Source of the DNA: a virus
Lineage: Duplodnaviria > Heunggongvirae > Uroviricota > Caudoviricetes
Direction: 5' to 3' (one strand)
DNA: 29,045 nucleotides
Virus record (IMG/VR): IMGVR_UViG_2579778652_000007
Location: 1-29,045 of that record
The number at the start of each line of letters is the position of its first letter. Position 1 is the first letter of the stretch. The position numbers were made by a program, and so were the translations under genes. Below the pieces are notes generated by a model. That model saw only the letters and a list, made by a program, of their open reading frames with translations. It did no database searches and was not told the DNA's origin. Positions 19,870-28,845 of this stretch are shown piece after piece.

Positions 19870-20789
19870 CCAGAATCACTGAAGAGCGTATATCAGAGAT
19901 TATTTCCCGTATCGAAATGTATGGTCACGGTGCTGGATATACGGCAGATGAAGTATTGGCACTTGCCCAAATGGTTTTGGCGGCTTGCAAAGATGATAAA
20001 AAAATGAAGTTTATCGACTTGTTAGTGAAGGAGCTGCCTAAGTGCGGCGGGTGGCCTGATGGAATGAGTTATTGTTACCTACCCAGTGTCAATTTAATGG
20101 CACCATGCGCGACTTTTGCTTTTGGCTCAGACCACAAAAAAGACACTTTCTTTGGGCGCAATTTTTGTTGTGATATTGAGCTTCCAATTGGTGACCTTGA
20201 TAGCGATGAATACCAGTCAGTTGTCACTCGCGAACAATACGAATCAGCTCTCATAGCGTCGCAGAAAGTCGAGTTCAATGGTGATGAACTTGAAAGTAAG
20301 ACTTACAGGTTGGATTTTGGGCAATGGCTGGAACAGCAACGCGGGAAAATCGATGTGGACTGTGGTTGTGTGTCCACTGAAACATTCATGCACTGGCTGC
20401 GGGTAGCTTACGAGGCTGGCAACTATCCGGATATTCCGGATAGTTCGGTGCCAGCGCCAGGAAAGGGCGTCACCGGTGAACGTATCCGCATTAAGCCGCA
20501 TGTTTATCGCGAACTGGTTAACCGTCTCCACGATACAGCGATCAAGTGTGCTGGCACCCAGCAATTACGAGAAAAAATTAGCCGTGTTTTGGGCGACGTT
20601 ATTACGCCAGATCATCATAAACAAGCCGAGAAAAGTGGCCTGGAAAGGTGTCACCTTGAGGCGGCATTAAACATTAAGCCGGGGCATACGCTTGGCATTA
20701 TTGATGCACTATTGGTTCATAAGATGGCCAGGGCTTTATTGCCGCTGGTGGCTGATAAGCATGAGGCGGGCCATGCCAACGAAAGCTGA
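19866..20789 (+). CDS. Hypothetical protein (about 307 aa)
   Basis: ATG 19866 overlaps upstream stop (ATGA); ORF track start 19851; no motif recognised. Confidence 0.65.
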   Translation: MTRITEERISEIISRIEMYGHGAGYTADEVLALAQMVLAACKDDKKMKFIDLLVKELPKCGGWPDGMSYCYLPSVNLMAPCATFAFGSDHKKDTFFGRNFCCDIELPIGDLDSDEYQSVVTREQYESALIASQKVEFNGDELESKTYRLDFGQWLEQQRGKIDVDCGCVSTETFMHWLRVAYEAGNYPDIPDSSVPAPGKGVTGERIRIKPHVYRELVNRLHDTAIKCAGTQQLREKISRVLGDVITPDHHKQAEKSGLERCHLEAALNIKPGHTLGIIDALLVHKMARALLPLVADKHEAGHANES

Positions 20790-21057
20790 GTTACAGGCGC
20801 GCATAGAGATTCTTGAAAAAGAGAATGCGAGTCTAAAAGGAATGCTGGCGCGGGCGGAAAGGGAATTATCAGGCAAATTATTGCCAGAAGAACTGCCACC
20901 AGCAGATATACCAGATCGAGTGTCCCGGTGGATGAAGTCTTTTGGTTTACCGTGGGAGGCTTTTTGGTGCTACGAGCATCGCAGATGGTGTGATGAACTT
21001 GATAGCAGTTTCCCCTACTTTGCGGAAGGGAACACCTGCCCTGAGTGTAGGAGGTAG
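20773..21057 (+). CDS. Hypothetical protein with N-terminal coiled coil and C-terminal Cys motif
   Basis: 94 aa from ATG 20773 (17-nt overlap with upstream gene); AELQARIEILEKENASLKGML; C-terminal CPEC. Confidence 0.5.
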   Translation: MPTKAELQARIEILEKENASLKGMLARAERELSGKLLPEELPPADIPDRVSRWMKSFGLPWEAFWCYEHRRWCDELDSSFPYFAEGNTCPECRR

Positions 21058-21061
21058 CGCG

Positions 21062-21322
21062 ATGTTTCGTCCTCGTCCAATACCGCCGAAAATAACTAAT
21101 GGCTATCAGCCGAATACTCCAGAAATACAAGGGAGCGAGGGGCTTAAACCACCACCAGCACCACGTATTCCGCCTGTAGCAAGGAACGTATCATTACGAC
21201 GAGAGTTAATATTAGCCTTGTCGCCCGTTCTGGCTGCCCGCCAGGATTGGGTAAGTAATGATGACCTGGCAGAAAAAATCACATCGCTGGTGGATAAAAT
21301 TCTGCATAAAGCTGATCTCTGA
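21062..21322 (+). CDS. Pro-rich hypothetical protein (86 aa)
   Basis: ATG with AGGAGG 9 nt upstream; ORF track gives 20942 start overlapping upstream gene. Confidence 0.5.
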   Translation: MFRPRPIPPKITNGYQPNTPEIQGSEGLKPPPAPRIPPVARNVSLRRELILALSPVLAARQDWVSNDDLAEKITSLVDKILHKADL

Positions 21323-21332
21323 TCACCATGCT

Positions 21333-21365
21333 AAAATCCCCTCAATTCACAGAGGGGATTTTTGT
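21333..21365 (+). terminator. Hairpin with U-tract, probable terminator ending the accessory cassette
   Basis: AAAATCCCCTC-aattcaca-GAGGGGATTTT, 11 nt after stop at 21322. Confidence 0.7.
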
Positions 21366-21367
21366 CT

Positions 21368-21634
21368 ATGTTGCATAGAGTTTTATGGAAAAGCGTTATT
21401 GTCGGCGCGATACTGGCTATATCTGGGTGTGCAATGGTGCAATACAACGACGGTGAAAAGGTAAGCATACAGTCAGATGGTTGGTATGGCCTGGATAGCC
21501 TGCAAAAAACCGCAGATAAAGCCTGTCAGCAATATGGGAAGTCTAAAGCAGTATATCAGCATAGCGCGAACGCTAACCCTCATCTAGCGCCCGGTTCGGG
21601 TGTTCAGAATACCATCTGGAAATGTGAGCCTTAA
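21368..21634 (+). CDS. Small lipoprotein (P1 Upl-like position)
   Basis: Signal peptide plus lipobox (LAISGC); ATG 21368 with AGAGGGGA upstream; ORF track start 21362 (TTG). Confidence 0.7.
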   Translation: MLHRVLWKSVIVGAILAISGCAMVQYNDGEKVSIQSDGWYGLDSLQKTADKACQQYGKSKAVYQHSANANPHLAPGSGVQNTIWKCEP

Positions 21635-21636
21635 AT

Positions 21637-21888
21637 ATGAGCGACTGGAATATTGCAGCTAAAAGTCAGGAAGAACGGGATAAGGTTAACGTTGATCTGG
21701 CTGCCAGCGGTGTGGCGTACAAAGAGCGATTGAACATACCTGTCATAGCTGAACAGGTAGCCCGCGAGCAACCAGAGAATCTGCGCACCTATTTCATGGA
21801 ACGGCTACGGCACTACCGGCAGTTAAGCCTCCAGTTGCCAAAAGGGAGCGATCCGGCATATCAGAAAGATGATGCCGTAAAGAAATAG
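21637..21888 (+). CDS. hot: Homolog of DNA polymerase III theta subunit (HolE); P1 Hot-like
   Basis: 83 aa; [43 protein letters not shown] closely parallels E. coli HolE. Confidence 0.85.
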   Translation: MSDWNIAAKSQEERDKVNVDLAASGVAYKERLNIPVIAEQVAREQPENLRTYFMERLRHYRQLSLQLPKGSDPAYQKDDAVKK

Positions 21889-21894
21889 CGGTAG

Positions 21895-22467
21895 TTAACC
21901 GTTTTGAACTTCTCGTATCCTGGCAATGACAGCTTCATGCTGGGCTTGGATAGCGGCTTTTTCGTTTTCAAGCCGGGCAATAGACATCTCTAATTCTTTG
22001 CTGTACCAGGCGAGCTGGGCCAGGTTCATCCGGTTGTGGTCGAGAGTTGGAGACACTTCGACGCGATCCCTTTCTTCCTGCTTTAATGAGAAGAGATTCA
22101 TCTCATCCCTTGAGGAAAATTCAGCAACAATTTCTTGTTGATGATCCGGTCGCTGCGGCATCCTCGCCAGTATAAATGGCGGTTCTTTTGAAAACATGAA
22201 TGACGGTTTAGACCGTGTTTTGACCCATCTAGCTTGCTGTCTTTCGGCAAGTTCACAGGCTTCATCATAGTTATCTACAAAACCAAGCACGGATGGACGG
22301 TCCCACGCGCCACCATTCAGACAATAAACAAGAATTTTCCCGTCAGGTTCTGTAACTCCATAGGGATGGTCCCACCAGGCGTCCAGCTGGGCTTTGGAGC
22401 GTTTCTCGTTAGGAGTGCAGTCAAAATTTTTGGGCAATGCAGGATCGAGAGGAATGCGGGCAGGCAT
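21895..22467 (-). CDS. Hypothetical protein divergent from humD (lxr-like position)
   Basis: 190-aa ORF; RBS AAGGA 7 nt upstream on minus strand; LexA box about 135 nt upstream. Confidence 0.65.
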   Translation of the reverse strand: MPARIPLDPALPKNFDCTPNEKRSKAQLDAWWDHPYGVTEPDGKILVYCLNGGAWDRPSVLGFVDNYDEACELAERQQARWVKTRSKPSFMFSKEPPFILARMPQRPDHQQEIVAEFSSRDEMNLFSLKQEERDRVEVSPTLDHNRMNLAQLAWYSKELEMSIARLENEKAAIQAQHEAVIARIREVQNG

Positions 22468-22601
22468 GGCTAATTCCTTATTAATTGATTAGTAACGAGG
22501 TTACGCTGATCCAGCGGTGATGAATAGTAGCAAAGCGCACAAAGTCATCAGAGGGGTTAAGATCCATAACGCGTTTGCACCAAAGGTGTCTCTTTAATGT
22601 A

Positions 22602-22621
22602 TACTGTATAAATGAACAGTA
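22602..22621. promoter_or_regulatory. LexA (SOS) box TACTGTATAAATGAACAGTA
   Basis: CTGT-N8-ACAG palindrome 20 nt upstream of humD ATG, overlapping a TATAAA -10-like hexamer. Confidence 0.75.
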
Positions 22622-22640
22622 TTATTGAGGTGAAAACGCT

Positions 22641-23030
22641 ATGGGCTTCCCTTCTCCTGCGGCGGATTATGTTGAAAGCCGAATTTCTCTTGATCAGCAA
22701 CTAATCAGGCATCCATCAGCAACCTACTTCATGCGGGCAGCTGATAGCCATCACCGTGAGGGAATATTGCAGGGTGCTTTGCTGGTGGTTGATTCTTCGC
22801 TTACTCCAGTTGATGGTTCGCTGCTTGTGTGCGCTATGGAGGGTGAATATCGCATAAAGAGATACCGAAAGTATCCGCGCCAGCACCTGGAGGATTTAAG
22901 CACCGGGAAGAAAGAGGCGTTACCAGTAGATGACGATGGATGCACGGGAAGTAATGCTGTTTTTGGTGTGATCACTCATGTCATCAATGATGCCCGAAGT
23001 GGGGAATTTGATGATTGTCCGGTCATTTAA
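22641..23030 (+). CDS. humD: UmuD-prime-like SOS mutagenesis protein (P1 HumD-like)
   Basis: 129 aa beginning MGFPSPAADYVE, i.e. at the position where UmuD is cleaved (Cys24-Gly25); HPSATYF and VFGVITHVI conserved; Ser and Lys of S24 dyad region present. Confidence 0.9.
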   Translation: MGFPSPAADYVESRISLDQQLIRHPSATYFMRAADSHHREGILQGALLVVDSSLTPVDGSLLVCAMEGEYRIKRYRKYPRQHLEDLSTGKKEALPVDDDGCTGSNAVFGVITHVINDARSGEFDDCPVI

Positions 23031-23064
23031 GCTGCAAAGGGCTGGTGCTTTATGCCTGTGAGGT

Positions 23065-23094
23065 TTATAATTGTGTACACATAACGAGTACACG
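23065..23094 (+). promoter_or_regulatory. phd-doc promoter/operator: TATAAT followed by palindromes TGTGTACACA and GAGTACAC
   Basis: Perfect 10-bp palindrome 23072-23081 and related half-site 23086-23093 between -10 and the phd RBS. Confidence 0.55.
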
Positions 23095-23102
23095 AGGTGT
23101 TT

Positions 23103-23324
23103 ATGCAATCCATTAACTTCCGTACCGCGCGCGGCAACCTTTCTGAAGTGCTCAACAATGTTGAAGCCGGGGAAGAGGTTGAAATCACTCGCAGAGGCCG
23201 TGAGCCAGCAGTAATTGTCAGCAAGGCTACTTTCGAAGCCTACAAAAAAGCGGCGCTGGATGCTGAATTTGCATCCCTGTTTGACACCCTGGACTCCACC
23301 AACAAGGAACTGGTTAACCGATAA
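23103..23324 (+). CDS. phd: Phd antitoxin (Phd/YefM family)
   Basis: 73 aa [49 protein letters not shown]... matches P1 Phd as remembered. Confidence 0.95.
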   Translation: MQSINFRTARGNLSEVLNNVEAGEEVEITRRGREPAVIVSKATFEAYKKAALDAEFASLFDTLDSTNKELVNR

Positions 23325-23704
23325 TGAGGCATATATCACCGGAAGAACTTATTGCGCTTCATGATGCGAATATAAACCGCTACGGCGGCCTGCCGGGAAT
23401 GTCAGATCCGGGTAGGGCAGAGGCCATTATCGGGAGAGTTCAGGCCAGAGTTGCCTACGAAGAGATCACCGACCTTTTCGAAGTCTCCGCCACCTACCTG
23501 GTGGCTACAGCGAGAGGGCATATATTCAATGATGCCAATAAGCGTACCGCGCTAAACAGCGCGCTGCTATTTCTACGCCGTAACGGGGTGCAGGTATTTG
23601 ATTCACCTGAACTGGCAGACCTTACTGTAGGCGCTGCGACTGGCGAGATATCTGTATCTTCTGTCGCCGACACGTTACGTAGATTGTATGGTTCTGCGGA
23701 GTAG
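23324..23704 (+). CDS. doc: Doc toxin (Fic-fold kinase)
   Basis: 126 aa; Fic motif [11 protein letters not shown]; ATG overlaps phd stop (TAATG). Confidence 0.95.
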   Translation: MRHISPEELIALHDANINRYGGLPGMSDPGRAEAIIGRVQARVAYEEITDLFEVSATYLVATARGHIFNDANKRTALNSALLFLRRNGVQVFDSPELADLTVGAATGEISVSSVADTLRRLYGSAE

Positions 23705-23708
23705 ATTA

Positions 23709-23888
23709 ATGGCACGCAAATACAACAAATTGTCCCGTGAAGCGTTAAAGATGCTTCTTGATGGCGTGAGTCGCCGCGAGGTAAAGCAATACCTGGTTGG
23801 TAAGCAAATTGGAGCCAGGGCTGCTATTGCTGTGTTATGCCGTCAGGAAATGGTTGTGCTTAAACAGAGAATGCCGGGCAGCAGATAA
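23709..23888 (+). CDS. Small basic hypothetical protein (59 aa)
   Basis: ATG 4 nt after doc stop; ORF track gives longer 23688 start overlapping doc. Confidence 0.45.
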   Translation: MARKYNKLSREALKMLLDGVSRREVKQYLVGKQIGARAAIAVLCRQEMVVLKQRMPGSR

Positions 23889-23915
23889 AGCCCAATCAGT
23901 GATGAAAGGTGTGAT

Positions 23916-24959
23916 GTGAAAGCCGTAATTACTCCCTTTGTACAAAAAGAGCTTGGCGTCGCCACATTCAAAGTGGATCAGGAAGTCAGAAAGCTGGTGG
24001 AGGCTGGCCGTAAATTTATTATGGAGCCGGTGCCGCGTGAGTTAATCGAGCACATGGAAGACGGCCTCGTTGTTACCGAGCAAACCATGGCAACAAATGA
24101 GGCGTTGCAGCCGTTTTTTAACAGCGATGAACTGTTTCGCCGTATTGGTGGAATTGACTCGCTGGTGGCGTGGTTGCGCAGGAAAGAGGGGCAATGCCAG
24201 GCCGCAGATCGTAGCTGGTGTGACAACCATATTGTCCACGCAGAACGAGACAATAGCGCGGTGTTGTTGTGCTGGCATCACGATAACCATTACCGGATGC
24301 GTGGTTTTAATGAGCTGAAAGAAACGCTGCACAATAATCGCGTTAACTGGATACTGGATGTCGCCCGTCAGGAAATGGGCCTTTCAAATAGCCATGATTT
24401 AAGTATTCAGGAGCTGTGCTGGTGGGCTTTCATGCGCAACATGATGCACCTGATGCCGGAAGAAGTCTGCCGCATATCAATAAATAAGATGAAGGCTACT
24501 CCGCAGGATAGCGGACCTCTGAAAGAGGCGGATATTCGCCCGTATGACGATCGCGCTACAGCATATGTTCAGATGATGGAAGAACGCGCCGCGCCGATGC
24601 GTGCAAAAGTATGCCCTGTGGATGTTGACTCCGACCCAGGTATGGCGCATTTCAAAATACCAAAACTTCAATCGCTAAAATTGCCCGAGTACATGGACTT
24701 TGTGGCTTCCCGTCCATGCTGTGGCTGTGGAGCTGCGGGAGCTGGCGCTCACATTACGCCTTATATCGTTCGTCATAGTCGATTATGCGCGCATGACATT
24801 TATGCTATTCCTCTGTGCCAGTCATGCCAGCGTGATATTGAGCGTGACCGCGATAATTGGGAGAAGACGCACGGTAGGCTGGCGATGCATCAACGATTGT
24901 TCTTTGATTACGCGCTTGGAGTCGGCGCTATCACAAGTCACTCGTCGAGCGTTAGATAA
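23916..24959 (+). CDS. Hypothetical protein with C-terminal Cys/His cluster
   Basis: 347 aa; GTG start with AAAGG upstream; C-terminal [17 protein letters not shown]...[18 protein letters not shown]. Confidence 0.65.
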   Translation: MKAVITPFVQKELGVATFKVDQEVRKLVEAGRKFIMEPVPRELIEHMEDGLVVTEQTMATNEALQPFFNSDELFRRIGGIDSLVAWLRRKEGQCQAADRSWCDNHIVHAERDNSAVLLCWHHDNHYRMRGFNELKETLHNNRVNWILDVARQEMGLSNSHDLSIQELCWWAFMRNMMHLMPEEVCRISINKMKATPQDSGPLKEADIRPYDDRATAYVQMMEERAAPMRAKVCPVDVDSDPGMAHFKIPKLQSLKLPEYMDFVASRPCCGCGAAGAGAHITPYIVRHSRLCAHDIYAIPLCQSCQRDIERDRDNWEKTHGRLAMHQRLFFDYALGVGAITSHSSSVR

Positions 24960-24960
24960 A

Positions 24961-25002
24961 ATTGCTCTAATGTATTGCTATTTCTTTAATCGAGGTTATT
25001 AT
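24961..25002 (+). promoter_or_regulatory. C1-operator-like 17-mer ATTGCTCTAATGTATTG (14/17) overlapping -35 of a sigma70-like promoter (TTGCTA-16-TATTAT) upstream of lpa-like gene
   Basis: Operator 24961-24977; -35 24975-24980; -10 24997-25002. Confidence 0.55.
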
Positions 25003-25047
25003 ATTCGACGTTGATTAGTTGACATGGGCTAATCAGTAGGTGACAGG

Positions 25048-25500
25048 ATGTTACTTAACTGGCAGGGACGCCACTTCATGGAAATAAATCACTCACGAAT
25101 AACATCGTACGAGATTGCGGATTACATGATCCGCACTAAATCTCTTCTATCAGCGAAAGAACTCGCAGCAATTCTTGAAAAGGAATACCCGCATCTGGAT
25201 GTCGATAAGCGCGATGTTTATCTGCGCTTAAAGGCTATCGCTGTGTCTAAGTATTCGTCTGTTTTGATTGATGACAGTACACGCCCACGTAGATTTCAGA
25301 TCCACTCTCTGAATCCTGAATTCTTTCGCCGCAGCCGCGCTCCGCGCCGGTTTGATGAAAAACTCCAGAACGAACTCTATATGACGCAGGACGAAAAGGA
25401 ACGCCGGGAGCACCAGCCTTGGGTGATGGCGCGTCAACTTTTCAATAAGGTGGTCCGTCAGCACCGTCATTACGGTAATGCCACATCCGCACGTATCTGA
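25048..25500 (+). CDS. lpa: Putative late-promoter activator (Lpa-like) by position
   Basis: 150-aa basic ORF immediately upstream of pacA and downstream of an operator-overlapped promoter; alternative start ATG 25078; no direct motif. Confidence 0.5.
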   Translation: MLLNWQGRHFMEINHSRITSYEIADYMIRTKSLLSAKELAAILEKEYPHLDVDKRDVYLRLKAIAVSKYSSVLIDDSTRPRRFQIHSLNPEFFRRSRAPRRFDEKLQNELYMTQDEKERREHQPWVMARQLFNKVVRQHRHYGNATSARI

Positions 25501-25586
25501 TTGATTGCTTGCCCGTTCCGGGCCTTTTGACATGTGACTTTCGTTACCCTCGCGTCAAAAAGAGTTTTATACGAAAGGAAGCATAA

Positions 25587-26780
25587 GTGACCTGGGACGA
25601 TCACAAGAAGAATTTTGCTCGCCTGGCGCGAGATGGTGGTTACACCATCGCACAATATGCCGCCGAGTTTAATCTCAACCCAAACACCGCACGTCGTTAT
25701 CTCCGTGCATTCAAAGAAGACACCGGAACAGCGGACAGCCGTAAGCCAAATAAGCCTGTCAGAAAACCACTAAAAAGCATGATCATTGATCACGCTAATG
25801 ATCAACGTGCAGGTGATCACATTGTGGCTGAAATGGCTGAAAAACAAAGAGTTAATGCTGTTGTCAGTGCCGCAGTCGAGAACGCGAAGCGCCAGAATAA
25901 GCGCATAAATGATCGTTCTGATGATCATGACGTGATCACCCGCGCCCACCGGACCTTACGTGATCGCCTGGAACGCGACACCCTGGATGATGATGGTGAA
26001 CGCTTTGAATTCGAAGCGGGCGATTACCTGATAGATAACGTTGAAGCGCGGAAGGCCGCGCGCGCTATGTTGCGTCGTTCCGGAGCTGATGTTCTGGAAA
26101 CCACTCTTCTGGAAAAGTCTCTTTCTCATCTCCTTATGCTGGAGAACGCCCGGGATACGTGTATTCGCCTGGTGCAGGAAATGCGCGATCAGCAAAAAGA
26201 CGATGATGAAGGTACTCCGCCTGAATACCGTATCGCGAGCATGCTAAACAGCTGTTCCGCGCAGATAAGCAGTCTGATCAACACCATTTACAGCATCCGG
26301 AATAACTATCGAAAAGAAAGCCGGGAGGCGGAAAAGCACGCTTTGTCTATGGGGCAAGCTGGCATTGTTAAGCTGGCATACGAACGAAAGCGTGAAAATA
26401 ACTGGTCAGTTCTGGAAGCGGCTGAATTCATCGAGGCGCATGGAGGGAAAGTGCCGCCCCTGATGCTGGAGCAAATCAAAGCCGATCTGCGTGCTCCTAA
26501 GACAAATACCGATGATGAGGAAAGGCAAACTGCCGTCGGTGGCCCTTCTCTTGAAGATCTGGACAAAGTTGCGCGAGAACGGGCCGCCAACCGCCGCGCC
26601 GATGCCGCATTGTGGATTGAGCAGCGTAGGGAAGAAATCGCCGATATCGTTGATACAGGCGGTTATGGAGATGTTGATACTGAAGGTGTATCAAACGACC
26701 CATGGCTGGAACAAGACCTGGACGAAGACGAGGAGGAAGATGAAGAAGTTACCCGCAAGCTATACGGGGATGATGATTAA
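25587..26780 (+). CDS. pacA: Terminase small/pac-recognition subunit (PacA-like)
   Basis: 397 aa; GTG start with AAGGAAG RBS; gene contains the pac hexamer cluster; acidic C-terminus. Confidence 0.8.
   Translation: MTWDDHKKNFARLARDGGYTIAQYAAEFNLNPNTARRYLRAFKEDTGTADSRKPNKPVRKPLKSMIIDHANDQRAGDHIVAEMAEKQRVNAVVSAAVENAKRQNKRINDRSDDHDVITRAHRTLRDRLERDTLDDDGERFEFEAGDYLIDNVEARKAARAMLRRSGADVLETTLLEKSLSHLLMLENARDTCIRLVQEMRDQQKDDDEGTPPEYRIASMLNSCSAQISSLINTIYSIRNNYRKESREAEKHALSMGQAGIVKLAYERKRENNWSVLEAAEFIEAHGGKVPPLMLEQIKADLRAPKTNTDDEERQTAVGGPSLEDLDKVARERAANRRADAALWIEQRREEIADIVDTGGYGDVDTEGVSNDPWLEQDLDEDEEEDEEVTRKLYGDDD
25781..25967. other. pac packaging site: clusters of TGATCA/G hexamers, each containing GATC
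   Basis: Left cluster 25781-25786, 25788-25793, 25800-25805, 25815-25820; right cluster 25911-25916, 25923-25928, 25934-25939, plus 25962-25967; about 90 bp between clusters. Confidence 0.8.
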
Positions 26781-28264
26781 TGGCCAGAAGTTGCGTAACG
26801 GATCCACGTTGGCGCGAGCTGGTGGCGCTATATCGTTATGACTGGATTGCTGCCGCTGATGTTTTGTTCGGCAAAACACCTACCTGGCAGCAGGATCTGA
26901 TTATTGAGTCTGTGCAGGAACAGGGTAGCAAGACATCTGTTTCGTCTGGTCACGGTACCGGGAAATCAGACATGACTTCTATCATGATCATGTTGTTCAT
27001 AATCATGTATCCCGGTGCCCGCGCCATTATCGTTGCGAACAAAATTCAGCAGGTAATGACCGGTATATTCAAGTACATCAAGATAAACTGGGCTACTGCC
27101 ACCAGCCGTTTTCCATGGCTTGCTGATTATTTTGTTCTGACAGAAACCGCTTTCTATGAGGTTACTGGTAAAGGTGTATGGACTGTAGTACCGAAGGGCT
27201 TTCGTCTGGGAAGTGAAGAAGCTCTCGCCGGTGAACACGCAGATCATCTTCTGTATATTATCGATGAAGCCTCCGGTGTCAGTGATAGAGCTTTCGGTAT
27301 CATCACCGGTGCTCTTACCGGACAGGATAACCGCATCTTATTACTGTCACAGCCTACACGCCCAAGCGGCTATTTCTACGATACTCACCATAAACTGGCC
27401 AAGCGTCCTGGTAACCCTGATGGCGTTTATACGGCGATCACGCTTAACAGTGAGGAATCACCGCTGGTAACGCCAGCATTTATCAAAATGAAGCTGGCGG
27501 AGTACGGCGGGCGCGATAACCCTATGTACATGATTAAGGTACGCGGCCTATTCCCTAAATCACAGGATGGCTTCCTTCTTGGACGTGATGAGGTTGAACG
27601 TGCAACGCGGCGGAAAGTCAAGATTGCCAAAGGATGGGGCTGGCTTGCATGTGTGGACGTTGCTGGTGGTACGGGAAGGGATAAGTCCGTTATCAATATC
27701 ATGATGGTGTCCGGCCAGCGAAACAAACGCCGTGTAATCAACTATCGAATGCTGGAATACACAGACGTTACAGAAACGCAGCTTGCCGCCAAAATTTTCG
27801 CAGAATGTAATCCTGAGCGATTCCCAAATATCACCATAGCGATAGACGGCGATGGCCTGGGTAAAGCAACAGCGGATCTGATGTACGAGTATTATGGTAT
27901 TACCGTACAGCGTATACGCTGGGGTAAAAAGATGCATAGCCGTGAAGATAAGAGCCTGTACTTTGATAAACGTGCTTATGCCAACGTTCAAGCCTCAGAG
28001 GCCGTAAAATCTGGTCGTATGAGACTGGATAAGGGTAATGAAACTATTGAGGAAGCGTCGAAAATCCCTGTAGGGATTAACTCCGCAGGTCAATGGAAGG
28101 TGATGAGTAAGGAGGATATGAAGAAAAAACTCAACCTGCACTCACCAGACCATTGGGATACATATTGTTTCGCTATGCTGGCGGATTATGTTCCCCAGGA
28201 TGAAGTGCTTAGCGTCGAAGACGAAGCGCAGGTTGATGAAGCTCTGGCATGGCTTAATGAGTAA
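26780..28264 (+). CDS. pacB: Terminase large subunit (PacB-like)
   Basis: 494 aa; Walker [10 protein letters not shown], Walker [11 protein letters not shown]; ATG overlaps pacA stop (TAATG). Confidence 0.85.
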   Translation: MARSCVTDPRWRELVALYRYDWIAAADVLFGKTPTWQQDLIIESVQEQGSKTSVSSGHGTGKSDMTSIMIMLFIIMYPGARAIIVANKIQQVMTGIFKYIKINWATATSRFPWLADYFVLTETAFYEVTGKGVWTVVPKGFRLGSEEALAGEHADHLLYIIDEASGVSDRAFGIITGALTGQDNRILLLSQPTRPSGYFYDTHHKLAKRPGNPDGVYTAITLNSEESPLVTPAFIKMKLAEYGGRDNPMYMIKVRGLFPKSQDGFLLGRDEVERATRRKVKIAKGWGWLACVDVAGGTGRDKSVINIMMVSGQRNKRRVINYRMLEYTDVTETQLAAKIFAECNPERFPNITIAIDGDGLGKATADLMYEYYGITVQRIRWGKKMHSREDKSLYFDKRAYANVQASEAVKSGRMRLDKGNETIEEASKIPVGINSAGQWKVMSKEDMKKKLNLHSPDHWDTYCFAMLADYVPQDEVLSVEDEAQVDEALAWLNE

Positions 28265-28267
28265 AAA

Positions 28268-28284
28268 CTTGCTCTAATAAATTG
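28268..28284 (+). promoter_or_regulatory. C1-operator-like 17-mer CTTGCTCTAATAAATTG (15/17)
   Basis: Begins 4 nt after the pacB stop. Confidence 0.55.
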
Positions 28285-28415
28285 TGTTTTTTGACTGCCG
28301 ATGTTACATTGAACCTGACCTCTTGCGCCTTGAGGCATTTTCGGTTTATGCTTATCAGGCACCTCAGTAAAACGGGTGCCGGGATTGGAACCCCGGATAA
28401 TGTCAAAGGCGACAC

Positions 28416-28438
28416 AGACGCCAAAAGCGTCTTTTTTT
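28416..28438 (+). terminator. Rho-independent terminator
   Basis: AGACGC-caaaa-GCGTCT followed by TTTTTT. Confidence 0.75.
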
Positions 28439-28623
28439 GTGTCATGCCATCGCACGGCCATACGTAGCGTTTAGCTCAGAGATCAATGGTAGTGCTGGCT
28501 GGGCTGCCGAAAGGCAGGCCGGTTCCCTTTGACGCCGGTAGTTCCAACCCAGTCAGTGCTACCGCCATTGAGATTGGAACCTCACGCGGTAGCTCCTTAA
28601 CTTAGTCAAAGGAGGCTGCCATT

Positions 28624-28845
28624 ATGGCTACTATCCCTACCCCAACTCATCCTGAATTTATCTGGCGCTTTTACTCCTGCCAGAAACGTCACTATCACTT
28701 CGTTATTGCACCGACAGAAGATGAGGCTCGCTCTCAGCTTCCTGATGCACCCTGTATTTTCTCCGCCCGTTTTTCTACTGATTCGCGCAATTCTCTCAGT
28801 TACTGGTGCCTCCCTGTTAACGCTTCTGCTCAGGAGGGACTATGA
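28624..28845 (+). CDS. Small hypothetical protein (73 aa; possibly Coi-like by position)
   Basis: Strong RBS AAAGGAGG 8 nt upstream; stop overlaps next ATG (ATGA). Confidence 0.55.
   Translation: MATIPTPTHPEFIWRFYSCQKRHYHFVIAPTEDEARSQLPDAPCIFSARFSTDSRNSLSYWCLPVNASAQEGL

Noticed and set aside
22234-22473. 79-aa plus-strand ORF inside the minus-strand 190-aa gene
   Set aside because: Antisense shadow ORF without RBS.
28470-28500. tRNA-like TAGCTCAG...GGTAG motif as a tRNA gene
   Set aside because: No anticodon or T arm can be formed downstream; treated as part of a structured non-coding region instead.
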